A DNA stretch of 63,699 bases, counting the filler. It is 5 parts of 5 records of this genome, joined end to end, with 100 filler letters (N's around TTAATTAATTAA, not from the genome) between each part and the next. Parts side by side here need not be neighbours in the genome. Positions count along the whole stretch, not along the records: positions 38,243 to 63,699 come from DRR723986_6444; 4 more parts are not named here. The stretch is one strand, 5' to 3'. Position numbers and translations under genes: made by a program. Each line of letters starts with the position of its first letter. Positions within the stretch are counted from its first letter, which is position 1. The notes under the pieces were generated by a model that was given only the letters and a program-made list of their open reading frames with translations, searched no databases and was not told the DNA's origin. Below are positions 46,093 to 56,493 of this stretch, in pieces.

Positions 46093-46853
46093 GATGCTTT
46101 CCCCAGATAGGCTTCGATAACAGCAGGGTGGGCTTGCACATCGGCAGGGGTGCCAAGCGCTAATTTTGCGCCATCAGCCATGGCCAAAACGCGATCGGAC
46201 ACACCCGACACCAGCCCCATGTCATGTTCCACCATCAAGACAGTGATCCCCATTTGACGGCGAATGTCATCAATCCACCAGCGCATGTCCGTGGTCTCTT
46301 CGACGGATAACCCGGAGGCGGGTTCATCGAGTAAAAGCAACTTGGGATCGGTGGCGAGGGCACGGGCAACTTCGACCACTTTACGCACGCCATAAGGCAG
46401 GCCGGCAATCATCTTATCGCGATAGGCCTGCAGGTCCAGAAAATCGATGATTTCCTCAACCTTTTCCCGGTTGTCCATCTCTTGTCGCTTGGCTGACGGC
46501 GTAAAGAAGATCTCGTTCAACAGGTTTGTCTGGCGGTGTCGGTGCCGTCCGACCAGCAGGTTCTGTAAAACCGTGGCATGTTCGAACAATTCAATGTTCT
46601 GGAACGTGCGCGCCACCCCATAGGCAGCTACCCCCGAAGGTTTCACCTGCAACAGGTCATGTCCGTCAAACCGGATCTTGCCTGCAAACGGGTTATAAAA
46701 CCGGGAAATCAGGTTAAAGACGGTCGATTTCCCCGCGCCGTTTGGGCCGACAATGGCAAAGACTTCGCCTTCTTCGACCGAGAATGACAGATCATCAACC
46801 GCAGTCAGACCACCAAATTTAAGGGTGACGTTTTCAAGTTCAAGCAGACTCAT
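46089..46853 (-). CDS. ABC transporter ATP-binding protein (LivG-like)
   Basis: GPNGAGKS, 'RTFQN', 'LLDEPASG', 'EHDM'. Confidence 0.93.
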   Translation of the reverse strand: MSLLELENVTLKFGGLTAVDDLSFSVEEGEVFAIVGPNGAGKSTVFNLISRFYNPFAGKIRFDGHDLLQVKPSGVAAYGVARTFQNIELFEHATVLQNLLVGRHRHRQTNLLNEIFFTPSAKRQEMDNREKVEEIIDFLDLQAYRDKMIAGLPYGVRKVVEVARALATDPKLLLLDEPASGLSVEETTDMRWWIDDIRRQMGITVLMVEHDMGLVSGVSDRVLAMADGAKLALGTPADVQAHPAVIEAYLGKAS

Positions 46854-47947
46854 CTCAGGCGCTCCGTCTTGAGGTAGGATTTCTGCCGCTTAAACATATC
46901 CTTGCGGTAGAAAGGGAACAGTTCGAACCACGTTCGGATTTTCAGCCACCGGCCATAAATCCCCATGGGTTCAAACAGAATAAAGGCAATCAGGATCATG
47001 CCAAAAATACCAAATTCCAAACCCGGAATGGCCACAGTTGACCCGCCAAACACAGCCCCCACATACTCTTTCGAGATGGACAAGAACTGAGGCAGGAAGC
47101 CAATAACAATTGCTCCAAAGAAGGCACCATGGATCGACCCAAGCCCACCGATGACGATCATCATCAGCAACTGGATTGAGATCACGACGCTGAATGTCTC
47201 GTTGTTGAACGCTGTCGCATAAAGCCCCATCAAAGCCCCAGCCAGGCCGGTCACCGCACACGATAGTCCAAATGAGATGGCTTTGGTGCGAGAGACGTCG
47301 ATACCCATCGCTTGCGCAGAAACTTCGCTGTCGCGAACTGCAATAAAGCTACGCCCCAAGGGGGCCCGAAGCAGATTGATATAGCCCAGGGTGACGATAA
47401 CGGTGACGGCCAATGTGAGCCAATAGAACTCTTTCGGGGTGCTCCAGCGATCGATCATGACGCCAAAGACATTTACGGCTGGTGCGTATTTGCCACCCAC
47501 ACCGCCGGTCCATGGTTCGGTCAAAACGATGATATCATCGACAAGGATCGACATCGCTAGGGTCGCAATCGCAAGGTAAATCCCATGCAACCGCAAAGCT
47601 GGAATGGCAACAATGACGCCGACCATTCCGGTGATCAGACCAGCAAGCGGAAAGGCCAGCATAAACGGCACACCAGCTTCGATTAGGATGATGTTTGCAT
47701 AACAGCCAAAGGCGAGAAATGCGGCATGTCCCAGACTTGCCTGACCTGTGTGACCGGTCAGGATCATCAGACCCAAACCAGCGATGGCCCAGATCAGAAC
47801 GTTAGTGAGTTCGCCGAGATAGAAGTCATCCAAGACCCAAGGGGCAATGATAACTGCCGCCAACAGGAGCAAATATAAGCTGAGCTGATAGCCGTCTTTC
47901 CAAGGGCGAATATCCTGCATGTAGTCGGTTTTGAAAACAATCCGCAT
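46850..47947 (-). CDS. ABC transporter permease (LivM-like)
   Basis: 'GQASLGHAAF', 'YLAIATLA', 'IGGLGS'. Confidence 0.9.
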   Translation of the reverse strand: MRIVFKTDYMQDIRPWKDGYQLSLYLLLLAAVIIAPWVLDDFYLGELTNVLIWAIAGLGLMILTGHTGQASLGHAAFLAFGCYANIILIEAGVPFMLAFPLAGLITGMVGVIVAIPALRLHGIYLAIATLAMSILVDDIIVLTEPWTGGVGGKYAPAVNVFGVMIDRWSTPKEFYWLTLAVTVIVTLGYINLLRAPLGRSFIAVRDSEVSAQAMGIDVSRTKAISFGLSCAVTGLAGALMGLYATAFNNETFSVVISIQLLMMIVIGGLGSIHGAFFGAIVIGFLPQFLSISKEYVGAVFGGSTVAIPGLEFGIFGMILIAFILFEPMGIYGRWLKIRTWFELFPFYRKDMFKRQKSYLKTERLR

Positions 47948-47951
47948 GTGG

Positions 47952-48827
47952 TTACACCTTCTTGACGCGCACTTGGCTGAACAGCCCGTGCGGACGGAAG
48001 ACCAACACAGCCAGAAGCAGCGCGTAGGGTGCAATCTGGCTGTAACCAGCAGCAATGTAACGGCTGGCAAAAGGCTCTATTACACCAACAATCAATCCAC
48101 CTGCCAAGGCGCCGGGTAGACTGCCGAAGCCGCCGATCACAGCAGCAGCAAAGGCTTTGATTCCCATCAGACCCGTGTTTGGATCAACAGATCCTTTGGC
48201 CGCAAACAGGATCCCGGCAACGCAGGCTACCACACCTGCCAGAGCCCAGATGAACCCCTGCACCCGCTTGACCGGAATGCCCATGTAATAGGCGGCCAAT
48301 TGGTTCTGTGACGCACCCTGCATGGCGAGGCCAAGTTTGGTTTTGCTAAAGAAGACATACAAGCCCCAGGTCAACAGAACCGTGACGACAATAACCGCAA
48401 CATCTTCCATACCGAGCACGAGACCGCCAAATGCCAGTTCTTTCCCGGCCAATGGGTTTTGTAGTGTCTGCGGTTCATGACCCCAGATCAAACCGGCAAA
48501 GAACCGAATGACGAAGCCCAGCGCGATTGTCAGGATCACCACTGATGTTTGGCTTTCTCCAAACATGCGGCGGATGACAAAACGATCCAGCAAATAGCCA
48601 AGCAGAGCCATCAGCCCCATGGATAGTGGCAAAGCCATCCAAAACGGCAGGCCCATGTATTCAGTGTTGGTGAGTCCGATGGTGACAAAGGCGCCCAGCA
48701 TCATGAAATCGCCTTGTGCGAAATTCACGGCTTCGGTTGCCTTGTAGATCAAAACAAAGCCAAGTGCGATCAGGCCATAAACACAGCCATTCGCCAGCCC
48801 GCTGATCAGCAGCTGCAAGTTATCCAA
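47952..48827 (-). CDS. ABC transporter permease (LivH-like)
   Basis: 'ALGFVLIY...NFAQG', 'GGFGSLPG'; TTG start after GGAGG. Confidence 0.9.
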   Translation of the reverse strand: MDNLQLLISGLANGCVYGLIALGFVLIYKATEAVNFAQGDFMMLGAFVTIGLTNTEYMGLPFWMALPLSMGLMALLGYLLDRFVIRRMFGESQTSVVILTIALGFVIRFFAGLIWGHEPQTLQNPLAGKELAFGGLVLGMEDVAVIVVTVLLTWGLYVFFSKTKLGLAMQGASQNQLAAYYMGIPVKRVQGFIWALAGVVACVAGILFAAKGSVDPNTGLMGIKAFAAAVIGGFGSLPGALAGGLIVGVIEPFASRYIAAGYSQIAPYALLLAVLVFRPHGLFSQVRVKKV

Positions 48828-48907
48828 ATTTTCCTCCCTGCACCGGTATCCCGATGTCTGTTGATAAGCCCCCTATGCTCCTCACTTCATCGGGGCCTTA
48901 CTTAGCA

Positions 48908-49936
48908 CTATGGCGTGATCATCACCTTTCCGTCTGGCTTTTTCAGCGCATCTGCGAGATCTGACACAACGTCACGCAGCGGTACGTGGACCGAAACGTC
49001 AGTTTTCCAGCGTCCATCCGCAAACCGGGCCTGAACTTCGCCTGCAACACGGGCTTGATCGGCGGGTGGTGTGTCGCGCATCCAAGCGGTCAGCCAAAAA
49101 CCTTCGATCCGTTTGCCCATGAGAATGAGCTGACCCATTTGAGTCAATTTCGGAACTTCGGCATCTAACTTGCCATAGCTGATCCAGCGCGCTCTGTTTG
49201 GCATCGCAACAAAGATCTGTTCCGAGAGCTGGTCAGACACAGCATCCAAGAACACACGGGGCTTCATTTGTGCACTGAGGGCGGCAAACTGCTTGAGAAA
49301 ATTGGGATCAGTTGTCACCAGAACCTCGGCCGCACCGCGGGCTTTGAGCGTTTCAACAGCCTCGGCACGGCGCACAAGCGCGATGGGTTTCAGCCCCATG
49401 TCGCGCCCCAAGGCGCACATCAGTTTCCCGAGCTGGCTTGAGGCAGCAGACACAACAAATGCGTCGCCTTCGGTGCGGGCGATATCAACCATTGCCATGG
49501 CGGTCATTGGGTTCACGATCTGTGCCGAACCGTCCTCGTCAGAGATATCTGGACGCAAGGGGATACACATCATGGCCTCGGTCATAGCATATTCAGCCCA
49601 AGCACCAGACCCAGAGGCGACAAATGCCACCCGCTGCCCCATCAAAGCGTCGGCACCCTTGCCGGTGACGACAACGTCGCCGCAACCTTCGAACCCAGCG
49701 GGGGCGCCTTTGATGCGCGGTTGTCCATATTCGCCTTTGATGAAATGCGTATCCGACGGGTTCACGGACGCCATCCGCAACTTGATCAAGACTTGACCGG
49801 GGCCGAGAGCAGGAACGGTAATCTCTGCGCTTTCTAACCAATCGGCTGCATCGGCAATCGCCGGGCCTGTGGCTTTGCCAGAATAGCCATCGTGACGTTG
49901 CACCACGGCAAACATCGTTTCAGGAACAGAACTCAT
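48908..49936 (-). CDS. MDR-family NAD(P)H oxidoreductase (quinone/enoyl-thioester reductase-like)
   Basis: 'VNPSD', 'GFEG', 'VNPMTA', 'SAASSQLG'. Confidence 0.88.
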   Translation of the reverse strand: MSSVPETMFAVVQRHDGYSGKATGPAIADAADWLESAEITVPALGPGQVLIKLRMASVNPSDTHFIKGEYGQPRIKGAPAGFEGCGDVVVTGKGADALMGQRVAFVASGSGAWAEYAMTEAMMCIPLRPDISDEDGSAQIVNPMTAMAMVDIARTEGDAFVVSAASSQLGKLMCALGRDMGLKPIALVRRAEAVETLKARGAAEVLVTTDPNFLKQFAALSAQMKPRVFLDAVSDQLSEQIFVAMPNRARWISYGKLDAEVPKLTQMGQLILMGKRIEGFWLTAWMRDTPPADQARVAGEVQARFADGRWKTDVSVHVPLRDVVSDLADALKKPDGKVMITP

Positions 49937-50610
49937 GAGGGAACCTCTTGTGTGGGGTAACTTTGTGTTTCAGTGGTGACGCCAAGACCCAAGAGAGAAT
50001 AGCGCAGAACATCTTCGGTGATGGCGTGCAGGCTTTCTGCTGTGTCTGTGTCACGGGGGCGAAACCAGAAGACGGGGCCATTGAGCGCGCTGAAAAAACT
50101 TTGAACCGTAATGGCTTGCGATGGGCCGACATGCAGCTGCCCTTCGGCGGCGCCCTTGGCGATGACATCTCGAAACTGACTTTCGTATTCGTCCCGACGG
50201 GCCAGATGCCGCTCCATCTCTTCGCGCTGAAATTGTGTGGTGGTGGAATACCGGTTCATCTGCAAACCATCCATCAGCACCTGCATGTAGGGGTGTTGGT
50301 AAAGAATGGCCCGAACATGACCCCGTGCCATGGCAATCAAACGATCAATCGTAGGCGCATCAGAATTAAACCCAGCGCGCGTGCCATCAAAAACGTGATC
50401 CATTGCGCGGTCACGAACCGCATTGAAAAGATCCATTTTGGATGGAAAATAGTGATATACGCGCCCCTTGGTGGCCCCGAGGTGGCGCGCCACGGTGTCA
50501 ATCGACGTCGCAGCAAACCCCCGACTTTGAAAACACTGCGCGGCTGCGAACAGCAATTCCTCATAACGTTCAGAACGGTCATTTCGTGGAGAAAGCGCAG
50601 TTTGGGACAC
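49933..50610 (-). CDS. TetR/AcrR family regulator
   Basis: 'AAAQCF..RGFAATSI..VA..LGATKG.VYHYFPSK' HTH. Confidence 0.92.
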   Translation of the reverse strand: MSQTALSPRNDRSERYEELLFAAAQCFQSRGFAATSIDTVARHLGATKGRVYHYFPSKMDLFNAVRDRAMDHVFDGTRAGFNSDAPTIDRLIAMARGHVRAILYQHPYMQVLMDGLQMNRYSTTTQFQREEMERHLARRDEYESQFRDVIAKGAAEGQLHVGPSQAITVQSFFSALNGPVFWFRPRDTDTAESLHAITEDVLRYSLLGLGVTTETQSYPTQEVPS

Positions 50611-50658
50611 GATATAGCTGCCTTGAATTTGACGATGAGATGGCGTCAGGCAAACATA

Positions 50659-50669
50659 CTACCGGGTAG
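50659..50669. promoter_or_regulatory. Candidate TetR operator
   Basis: Palindrome CTACC-G-GGTAG next to a minus-strand TTGACG, about 50 bp upstream of tetR. Confidence 0.45.
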
Positions 50670-50985
50670 GTCGTCAACGGAGCGAGGCATATGACGTTAC
50701 GGGAAGGGGGTAGTTGGAGGGGTGAGCGCGGCAGGGATTTTGTCAAACTGGAACAGAGATAGTTGCAGCAAACTGTTTTTGGTCTGATCGGTGAATTGAT
50801 TGCTCTCAGTCCAGCGTGGGCTCGGGTCAATACCTTCCGTTTGGTAAAGCCGAATTTCCCGATGAAATGTGGTAAAAGATATGGCGCGGGCTTTTCGAAT
50901 TTCAGATATTTTTGAAACTTCGAAAAGCCGCCAACAGGTCAATTTCAACCCAACTGTCATCGACACATATCATCCCATCAAAGCA

Positions 50986-51360
50986 TCAGTCGATGATGAA
51001 CACCCGATCAGCTTCAATATCAAGTTCGCGAATTCTGTGCGTATCCACTTCCCCTTCAATTCTTACCCTGGTTGTTTCTGATACCTTGCCTGAAGGGAAG
51101 TCGTCATCATCGATCTCAACATGAATCTCTGAGACACCATCCGATAGAACGTACATTTCATCCCCAACTTTGCGGACCAAAAAACCTTCTAGAACAACGT
51201 CTTCACCGTCAATTGGATTATCAAGGATAGTTTGAATTTTTGCCAAAGCGCCGGGATCTGTAACTCCTTGATCCTCGGTTATTGACGGACCGGTGTATTG
51301 TGCGAAAGCAACCCCAGTCGCACCCAAGATCAGGCTTGAGGATAATAACAGAATACGCAT
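50986..51360 (-). CDS. YgiW/YdeI (bacterial OB-fold) periplasmic stress protein
   Basis: Signal peptide; 'AQYTGP', 'VVLEG', 'VEIDDD', 'VRIEGEVD'. Confidence 0.85.
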   Translation of the reverse strand: MRILLLSSSLILGATGVAFAQYTGPSITEDQGVTDPGALAKIQTILDNPIDGEDVVLEGFLVRKVGDEMYVLSDGVSEIHVEIDDDDFPSGKVSETTRVRIEGEVDTHRIRELDIEADRVFIID

Positions 51361-51815
51361 AAAAAACTCCCTCTTCGACATTCCATCGTTGGAACGCGCT
51401 CCTATTTTGTTACCTACTTTGGTGGTGCGATCAACCCTACTGCCATATGCAACCAATTTGACCTACTTCGGTCTCAAAGCGTCAAATTTGATTGTCGAGA
51501 TGGGCTTCTTCTCTGAGAGAATGACGAAACTTTGCAAAGGTTAATATCTGAGCAGCGCTACATTTGTAGGTAGCGGGTAATCTCTGTTCAATTATTCTGT
51601 GCCTGTTTTAAACGGTCATTGAAACCTCTCTCAGCAGCGCTTCAACCGCGGGCGCTTCTGTCATTGTCTCAAATCGGTTGTCCGCAAAAGCGGATCGTTC
51701 CAATCCATACTCAGGTCGTTAAAATTGAGACGGTCGTTAGTTCGGAGAAAGGGAAAGTGTGCCTATGGCTGAGCCGCGCATCGGATCCGCACTCGAGGTC
51801 CGAAAGTAGGCACTG

Positions 51816-51852
51816 AAAAAAGAAAAGCGGGCCCGTTAATGTGGCCCGCTTT
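51816..51852 (-). terminator. Rho-independent terminator of amt
   Basis: Minus strand AAAGCGGGCC...GGCCCGC followed by TTTTCTTTTTT. Confidence 0.8.
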
Positions 51853-51888
51853 CCAACCCTCGTAAGGGCAGAACATGCTGAGGTGGGC

Positions 51889-53070
51889 TCAGCTGCTCAT
51901 GTCATAGGCCCGTTCTCCGTGAACGCTCAGATCCAGGCCATTTGTCTCGGTTTCGGCGTCTACGCGAAGCGGGGTCACCAGTGCAACCGCTTTTACCAGC
52001 ACAACCGTTACAACGGTGGTGAAGAGACCGACAATTGCCAATCCACCCAGCTGGGCCGTCCATGTACCCAAGCCAAAGACTGCAATCATGATGGTGCCAA
52101 AGATGCCCCCGATCCCATGGACTGCAAAGACGTCCAATGTGTCGTCAATTTTGAGGGTATTTCGTACGATGTTTACGGCCTCTTGGCACAGGATCCCGGC
52201 GACGGAACCGATCATCAGAGCTTGGATCGGATCAACAAAGCCAGAGGCGGGTGTGATTGAGGCCAGGCCCGCAATGGTACCTGTAACTAAACCAACAAGA
52301 GAGGCTTTGCCGTATTTGATCTTTTCCCACAACGCCCAAGTCAAAGACGCTGCTGCTGCTGAAATATGGGTCACGGTCATTGCCATGGCTGCGCCACCAT
52401 CTGCCGCAAGCTGAGAGCCGCCGTTAAAGCCAAACCAACCTACCCACAGCATCGCGGCGCCGATCATGACAAAGCCGGGATTGTGCGGTGGGGTTGTGCG
52501 GTGGCGGCGTGGGCCTAGGAAGACGGCGATGATCAGGGCAGCCAATCCCGCAGTTTCGTGTACCACTATGCCGCCCGCGAAATCTTTGACGCCAGTTTCG
52601 CCAAAGATCCCGCCATCAGAGAGGAACCCGCCGCCCCAGATCCAGTGCACAACGGGCGCGTAACAGATCAGCATCCACAGGCCCGAGAACAACAGGACAA
52701 AGCCAAATCCAACGCGTTCTACATAGGCACCCACGATCAGGGCGGGCGTGATGATGGCAAATGTCATTTGAAAGGCAAAGAACAGGATTTCAGGCAAGGT
52801 GCCGCTGAGGCTGTCTGCTGTGATCCCGATCAACAAGAGCTTGTCCAAGCCACCCCAATAGCCGCTTGTGCCACTGCCAAAGGCAATTGAATATCCGGCA
52901 ACCATCCAGAGGATGCTCATCAAACAGGCGATGGCAAAACAATGCATGAACACGCTGAGCACATTTCGCGCCCGCACCAGTCCACCGTAAAACAATGCCA
53001 ATCCTGGCAATGTCATGAAAAGAACCAGGGCTGTTGCCACTATGATCCAGGCTGTATCGGCACCGTTCAT
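51889..53070 (-). CDS. amtB: Ammonium transporter (stand-alone, no adjacent glnK)
   Basis: 'DFAGG..VH', 'GWFGFNGGS', 'DDTLDVFAVHG' (twin His present). Confidence 0.93.
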   Translation of the reverse strand: MNGADTAWIIVATALVLFMTLPGLALFYGGLVRARNVLSVFMHCFAIACLMSILWMVAGYSIAFGSGTSGYWGGLDKLLLIGITADSLSGTLPEILFFAFQMTFAIITPALIVGAYVERVGFGFVLLFSGLWMLICYAPVVHWIWGGGFLSDGGIFGETGVKDFAGGIVVHETAGLAALIIAVFLGPRRHRTTPPHNPGFVMIGAAMLWVGWFGFNGGSQLAADGGAAMAMTVTHISAAAASLTWALWEKIKYGKASLVGLVTGTIAGLASITPASGFVDPIQALMIGSVAGILCQEAVNIVRNTLKIDDTLDVFAVHGIGGIFGTIMIAVFGLGTWTAQLGGLAIVGLFTTVVTVVLVKAVALVTPLRVDAETETNGLDLSVHGERAYDMSS

Positions 53071-53155
53071 GGGCCTCTCCTTTGCAATCCGCGAATGGGT
53101 TGCCCAGCGTTCAAGCGAAAGGAGGCTGTCGAAAAAAGAGGCAAGGGGCCTCAAA

Positions 53156-53201
53156 TGCGCCAGTTTTTGACGCTTTTCTTCGATTGATTAATAAAGTGGC
53201 A
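53156..53201. promoter_or_regulatory. Possible NtrC-type sites upstream of amt
   Basis: TGCGCCAGTTTTTGACGC and TGATTAATAAAGTGGCA, both degenerate. Confidence 0.3.
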
Positions 53202-53204
53202 CTG

Positions 53205-53702
53205 TCAGGGATGATCGCCCTGTTTTTCACCGATGCGCGAAAGTCCTTTGTGTAATAGATCCAGCGCGTGGTCGCGGGCTGCCAGCCGTACATTTTCACG
53301 CCCGATAGCTCCAAATTCGATGGTTTCAACACGTGTGTCGATCCCACAGCCCGACACGCCAAAGCATACACGCCCTTCGGGTTTATGTTCTGATCCGCCG
53401 GGGCCCGCGATGCCAGTTATCGAAACGGTCAATTGAACGGGGGCATGGTTCAACGCACCTTCGGCCATTTCTTGGGCGACTTGTTCAGACACCGCCCCAT
53501 GCGCGTCGAGCGTCGCCAGCTTAACTCCCAGCATCTCTTGTTTGGCCAGATTGGTGTAGGTGACAAAGCCGCGCTCGACCACGGACGAGCTGCCGGGAAT
53601 GTCGGTTAGAGCAGCAGCGAATAGGCCGCCAGTGCAGCTTTCAGCAGTTGCGATCATGACGCCCAGATCACGTGCTTTGTTCAATAGGTCTACAACTGTC
53701 AT
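53205..53702 (-). CDS. cinA: CinA/PncC nicotinamide-nucleotide amidase
   Basis: 'TAESCTGG', 'GAVS', 'TGIAGPGG'. Confidence 0.92.
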   Translation of the reverse strand: MTVVDLLNKARDLGVMIATAESCTGGLFAAALTDIPGSSSVVERGFVTYTNLAKQEMLGVKLATLDAHGAVSEQVAQEMAEGALNHAPVQLTVSITGIAGPGGSEHKPEGRVCFGVSGCGIDTRVETIEFGAIGRENVRLAARDHALDLLHKGLSRIGEKQGDHP

Positions 53703-54196
53703 AACCCGAGCACCCCATGTGAAAATCCAGCAAGAAGTATAACTCCGATCGCTGCAAAAACACCTGCGATCAAATCATCAAGCATCACGCCCAACGCATC
53801 ACCGCGTCGGTCTGCCCAGCCAATCGGACCCGGTTTGGTGATGTCAAACAAGCGGAATAAGGCGAAACCCGCAATCCAACCCGGCCAGAGAGCCGTGATC
53901 GGAATACCATGGGCCCACGCCGGGTAAGAGATGGCCATCAGGGCTATGAATTGGCCAGCGACCTCGTCAATAACGATTTCCGAGGGGTCGTGATCGTCTT
54001 TGTCTGCGGTCATCACACCTGTGGCCCAGATGCCTGCTATGATCACAACGACCGTGGCAATCAGCAGCAGGGGAAATCCACCAAGCGTGTGCAAAACCCA
54101 AGCCATGGGCAGAGCGGCGAAAGATCCCCAAGTGCCGGGGGCAGGGCGCAGATAGCCAATTCCGCCAACGGTGCCGATCAATGTTGCGATATTCAT
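53699..54196 (-). CDS. pgpA: Phosphatidylglycerophosphatase A
   Basis: 'APGTWGS', '[10 protein letters not shown]', 'FRLFDITKP', 'MLDDLIAG'. Confidence 0.95.
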   Translation of the reverse strand: MNIATLIGTVGGIGYLRPAPGTWGSFAALPMAWVLHTLGGFPLLLIATVVVIIAGIWATGVMTADKDDHDPSEIVIDEVAGQFIALMAISYPAWAHGIPITALWPGWIAGFALFRLFDITKPGPIGWADRRGDALGVMLDDLIAGVFAAIGVILLAGFSHGVLGL

Positions 54197-55326
54197 GCCG
54201 ACACCAGACAGGCGGTTGCTTGTGCTGCAATGCCTTCGCCGCGCCCGGTAAAGCCTAGCTTTTCTGAAGTGGTTGCTTTGACTGATACTTGATCGACACT
54301 CAGCCCCATGATCCGCGCCATTTCAGTGCGCATTGTTATGGCATGTGGCCCGACTTTGGGAAACTCACAGATGAGCGTGCAGTCGATGTTTGAAATGCGA
54401 TAACCCATCGATTGGGCCAGCTCGACGGCGTGCGCCAAAAATATCTTGCTCGCGGTGCCTTTCCACTGAGGATCTGACGGGGGGAAGTGTTGGCCGATGT
54501 CCCCGCGCGCCAAAGCGCCATAAATTGCATCTGTTACCGCATGCATGCCGACATCAGCGTCCGAATGGCCCTGTAGTCCGCGCTCATGTGGAACAGCAAC
54601 GCCACATAAAACCACGTGATCACCCGGTCCAAAACGGTGCACGTCGTACCCATTGCCAAGTCTGATATCCATGTCTGTCCTCAACAGTCTTTCGGCGCGG
54701 GCAAAATCCTCGGGCCGTGTGATTTTTAGATTGTCTGCGTCGCCTGGAACGATTGTGATGGGTATCCCATTCGCACGGGCGACTTCGACATCATCCGCAG
54801 CGCCGACCGGATGCGCGGCATGCGCAGCAACGATTGCATCATAGTGAAACCCTTGCGGTGTCTGTGCAGCAAACAGACCTTCGCGATCCTGCACACCTGT
54901 GACGCACTCGGATGCGCCTGTCCACAGGGCATCCGTAACCGCCAGGCCGGGTGCCGCTGCTGGGGCCTTGTCCAATGCGTCTAGCACGTCATTGATAATG
55001 CGGTGCGATACACAGGGCCGGGCCACGTCATGGATCAGAACCTTGGTTACATGGCGTCCCACAAGCGCCGCCAGTCCATTTTGAACGGATTCAGACCGGG
55101 TTGCCCCGCCGCGCGCCAGAATGAAATCGCGGGCCTCAAATTCGGCCCAAGCTTGGGTGTCGTCTGCGGCCAAGACCAGAACAATGTGATCCACATTCAC
55201 AGCGGTAAACTGTTGGAGTGTCCAATCGGCGACCCGCTTTCCGGCCAAAGGGCGCCATTGTTTGGGAACGCCGCCACCGGCGCGTTGCCCCCGACCTGCG
55301 GCGACAATCAGGGCTGCTGTGGTCAT
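54193..55326 (-). CDS. ispDF: Bifunctional IspD/IspF
   Basis: 'AAGRGQR..PKQ', 'IHDVARP', 'GYDVH', 'GHSDADV', 'KATTSE.LGF'. Confidence 0.95.
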   Translation of the reverse strand: MTTAALIVAAGRGQRAGGGVPKQWRPLAGKRVADWTLQQFTAVNVDHIVLVLAADDTQAWAEFEARDFILARGGATRSESVQNGLAALVGRHVTKVLIHDVARPCVSHRIINDVLDALDKAPAAAPGLAVTDALWTGASECVTGVQDREGLFAAQTPQGFHYDAIVAAHAAHPVGAADDVEVARANGIPITIVPGDADNLKITRPEDFARAERLLRTDMDIRLGNGYDVHRFGPGDHVVLCGVAVPHERGLQGHSDADVGMHAVTDAIYGALARGDIGQHFPPSDPQWKGTASKIFLAHAVELAQSMGYRISNIDCTLICEFPKVGPHAITMRTEMARIMGLSVDQVSVKATTSEKLGFTGRGEGIAAQATACLVSA

Positions 55327-55398
55327 CGAATGTCTCTCTGTTGCGTACCGTCTTTATTTAGGCTGTGCTGCCTGTCTGAGCAATCACCTGCGTCACCT

Positions 55399-55415
55399 TG
55401 CTTAAATTTTGGGCA
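55399..55415. promoter_or_regulatory. Candidate NtrC-type box upstream of dusB-ntrBC
   Basis: TGCTTAAATTTTGGGCA (TGC-N11-GCA with an AT-rich core). Confidence 0.45.
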
Positions 55416-55509
55416 TATGCTGTTTTGCTAAGCCTTGAAACACACCGTTTCATTGTGCAGTTACAGTCCTCTCGATAGAAAAGTCTCACTTGCACAAGGA
55501 TTAGGCACA

Positions 55510-56493
55510 TTGACCCTGCGTCTTGCCGATAAACAGATCAGCGCCCCCGTGGTGCTGGCCCCGATGGCCGGAATCACCGATCGTCCCTTCCGTGATCTCG
55601 TGATGGGGTTCGGTGCCGGACTGGTGGTGAGCGAAATGGTCGCCAGTCAGGAAATGGTGCAATCCAAACCCGGTGTGCGTGAAAAAGCTGAACTGAGTGC
55701 GAATGTCGAAAACACCGCTGTGCAGCTTGCTGGTCGAGAGGCTTACTGGATGGCAGAGGCTGCCCGACAGGTTGCGGATCGGGGCGCGCAGATGATTGAT
55801 ATCAACATGGGATGCCCCGCCAAAAAGGTGACCAATGGGTATTCCGGTTCGGCTTTGCTGAAAACACCGGATCATGCGCTGACCTTGATTGAGGCCGTTG
55901 TTGGGGCTGTCGATGTGCCGGTGACGTTGAAAACGCGATTGGGGTGGGATGACAAGCTGTTGAATGCCCCAGACGTTGCGCGCCGTGCGCAAGATGCCGG
56001 GGTCCAAATGGTGACCATTCATGGGCGCACCCGATGCCAGTTTTACAAAGGATCAGCAGATTGGAAGGCGATCCGCGCGGTCAAAGAGGCCGTGACCATC
56101 CCGGTTGTCGCAAATGGGGATATCACAAGCGCCAAGCGCGCGCGCACGGCACTTGCCCAGTCACAAGCGGATGGGGTTATGGTCGGGCGGGGGGCGCAGG
56201 GTCGCCCTTGGTTGTTGGCGCAGATTGCACATGACCTATGGGGGCAACCGGCACCCCAAATCCCCGAGGGGCAAGATCTGGTTGATTTGGTTTGCGCGCA
56301 CTACGAGGCGATGCTTGTGTTTTATGGTTTAGATCTGGGTCTGCGTGTGTCGCGCAAGCACCTTGGCTGGTACTTGGACGAAGCAACGACCCCAACCCCG
56401 ATCCGTAGGGCTGTTTTGACCGCTAAAACCCCGGATGAGGTTCTGTCTCTGCTTCCAGAGGCGTTGATGATGGCAAAAAGGGACACGGCATGA
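55510..56493 (+). CDS. dusB: tRNA dihydrouridine synthase B (NifR3)
   Basis: 'LAPMAGITD', 'DINMGCP', 'IHGRTR', 'NGDI'; start uncertain. Confidence 0.93.
   Translation: MTLRLADKQISAPVVLAPMAGITDRPFRDLVMGFGAGLVVSEMVASQEMVQSKPGVREKAELSANVENTAVQLAGREAYWMAEAARQVADRGAQMIDINMGCPAKKVTNGYSGSALLKTPDHALTLIEAVVGAVDVPVTLKTRLGWDDKLLNAPDVARRAQDAGVQMVTIHGRTRCQFYKGSADWKAIRAVKEAVTIPVVANGDITSAKRARTALAQSQADGVMVGRGAQGRPWLLAQIAHDLWGQPAPQIPEGQDLVDLVCAHYEAMLVFYGLDLGLRVSRKHLGWYLDEATTPTPIRRAVLTAKTPDEVLSLLPEALMMAKRDTA

Noticed and set aside
38290-51830. attL/attR direct repeat of the tRNA-Leu(TAG) 3' end bounding an island
   Set aside because: No second copy of TCCCTTCACCCGCACCA seen by eye and no integrase on this contig
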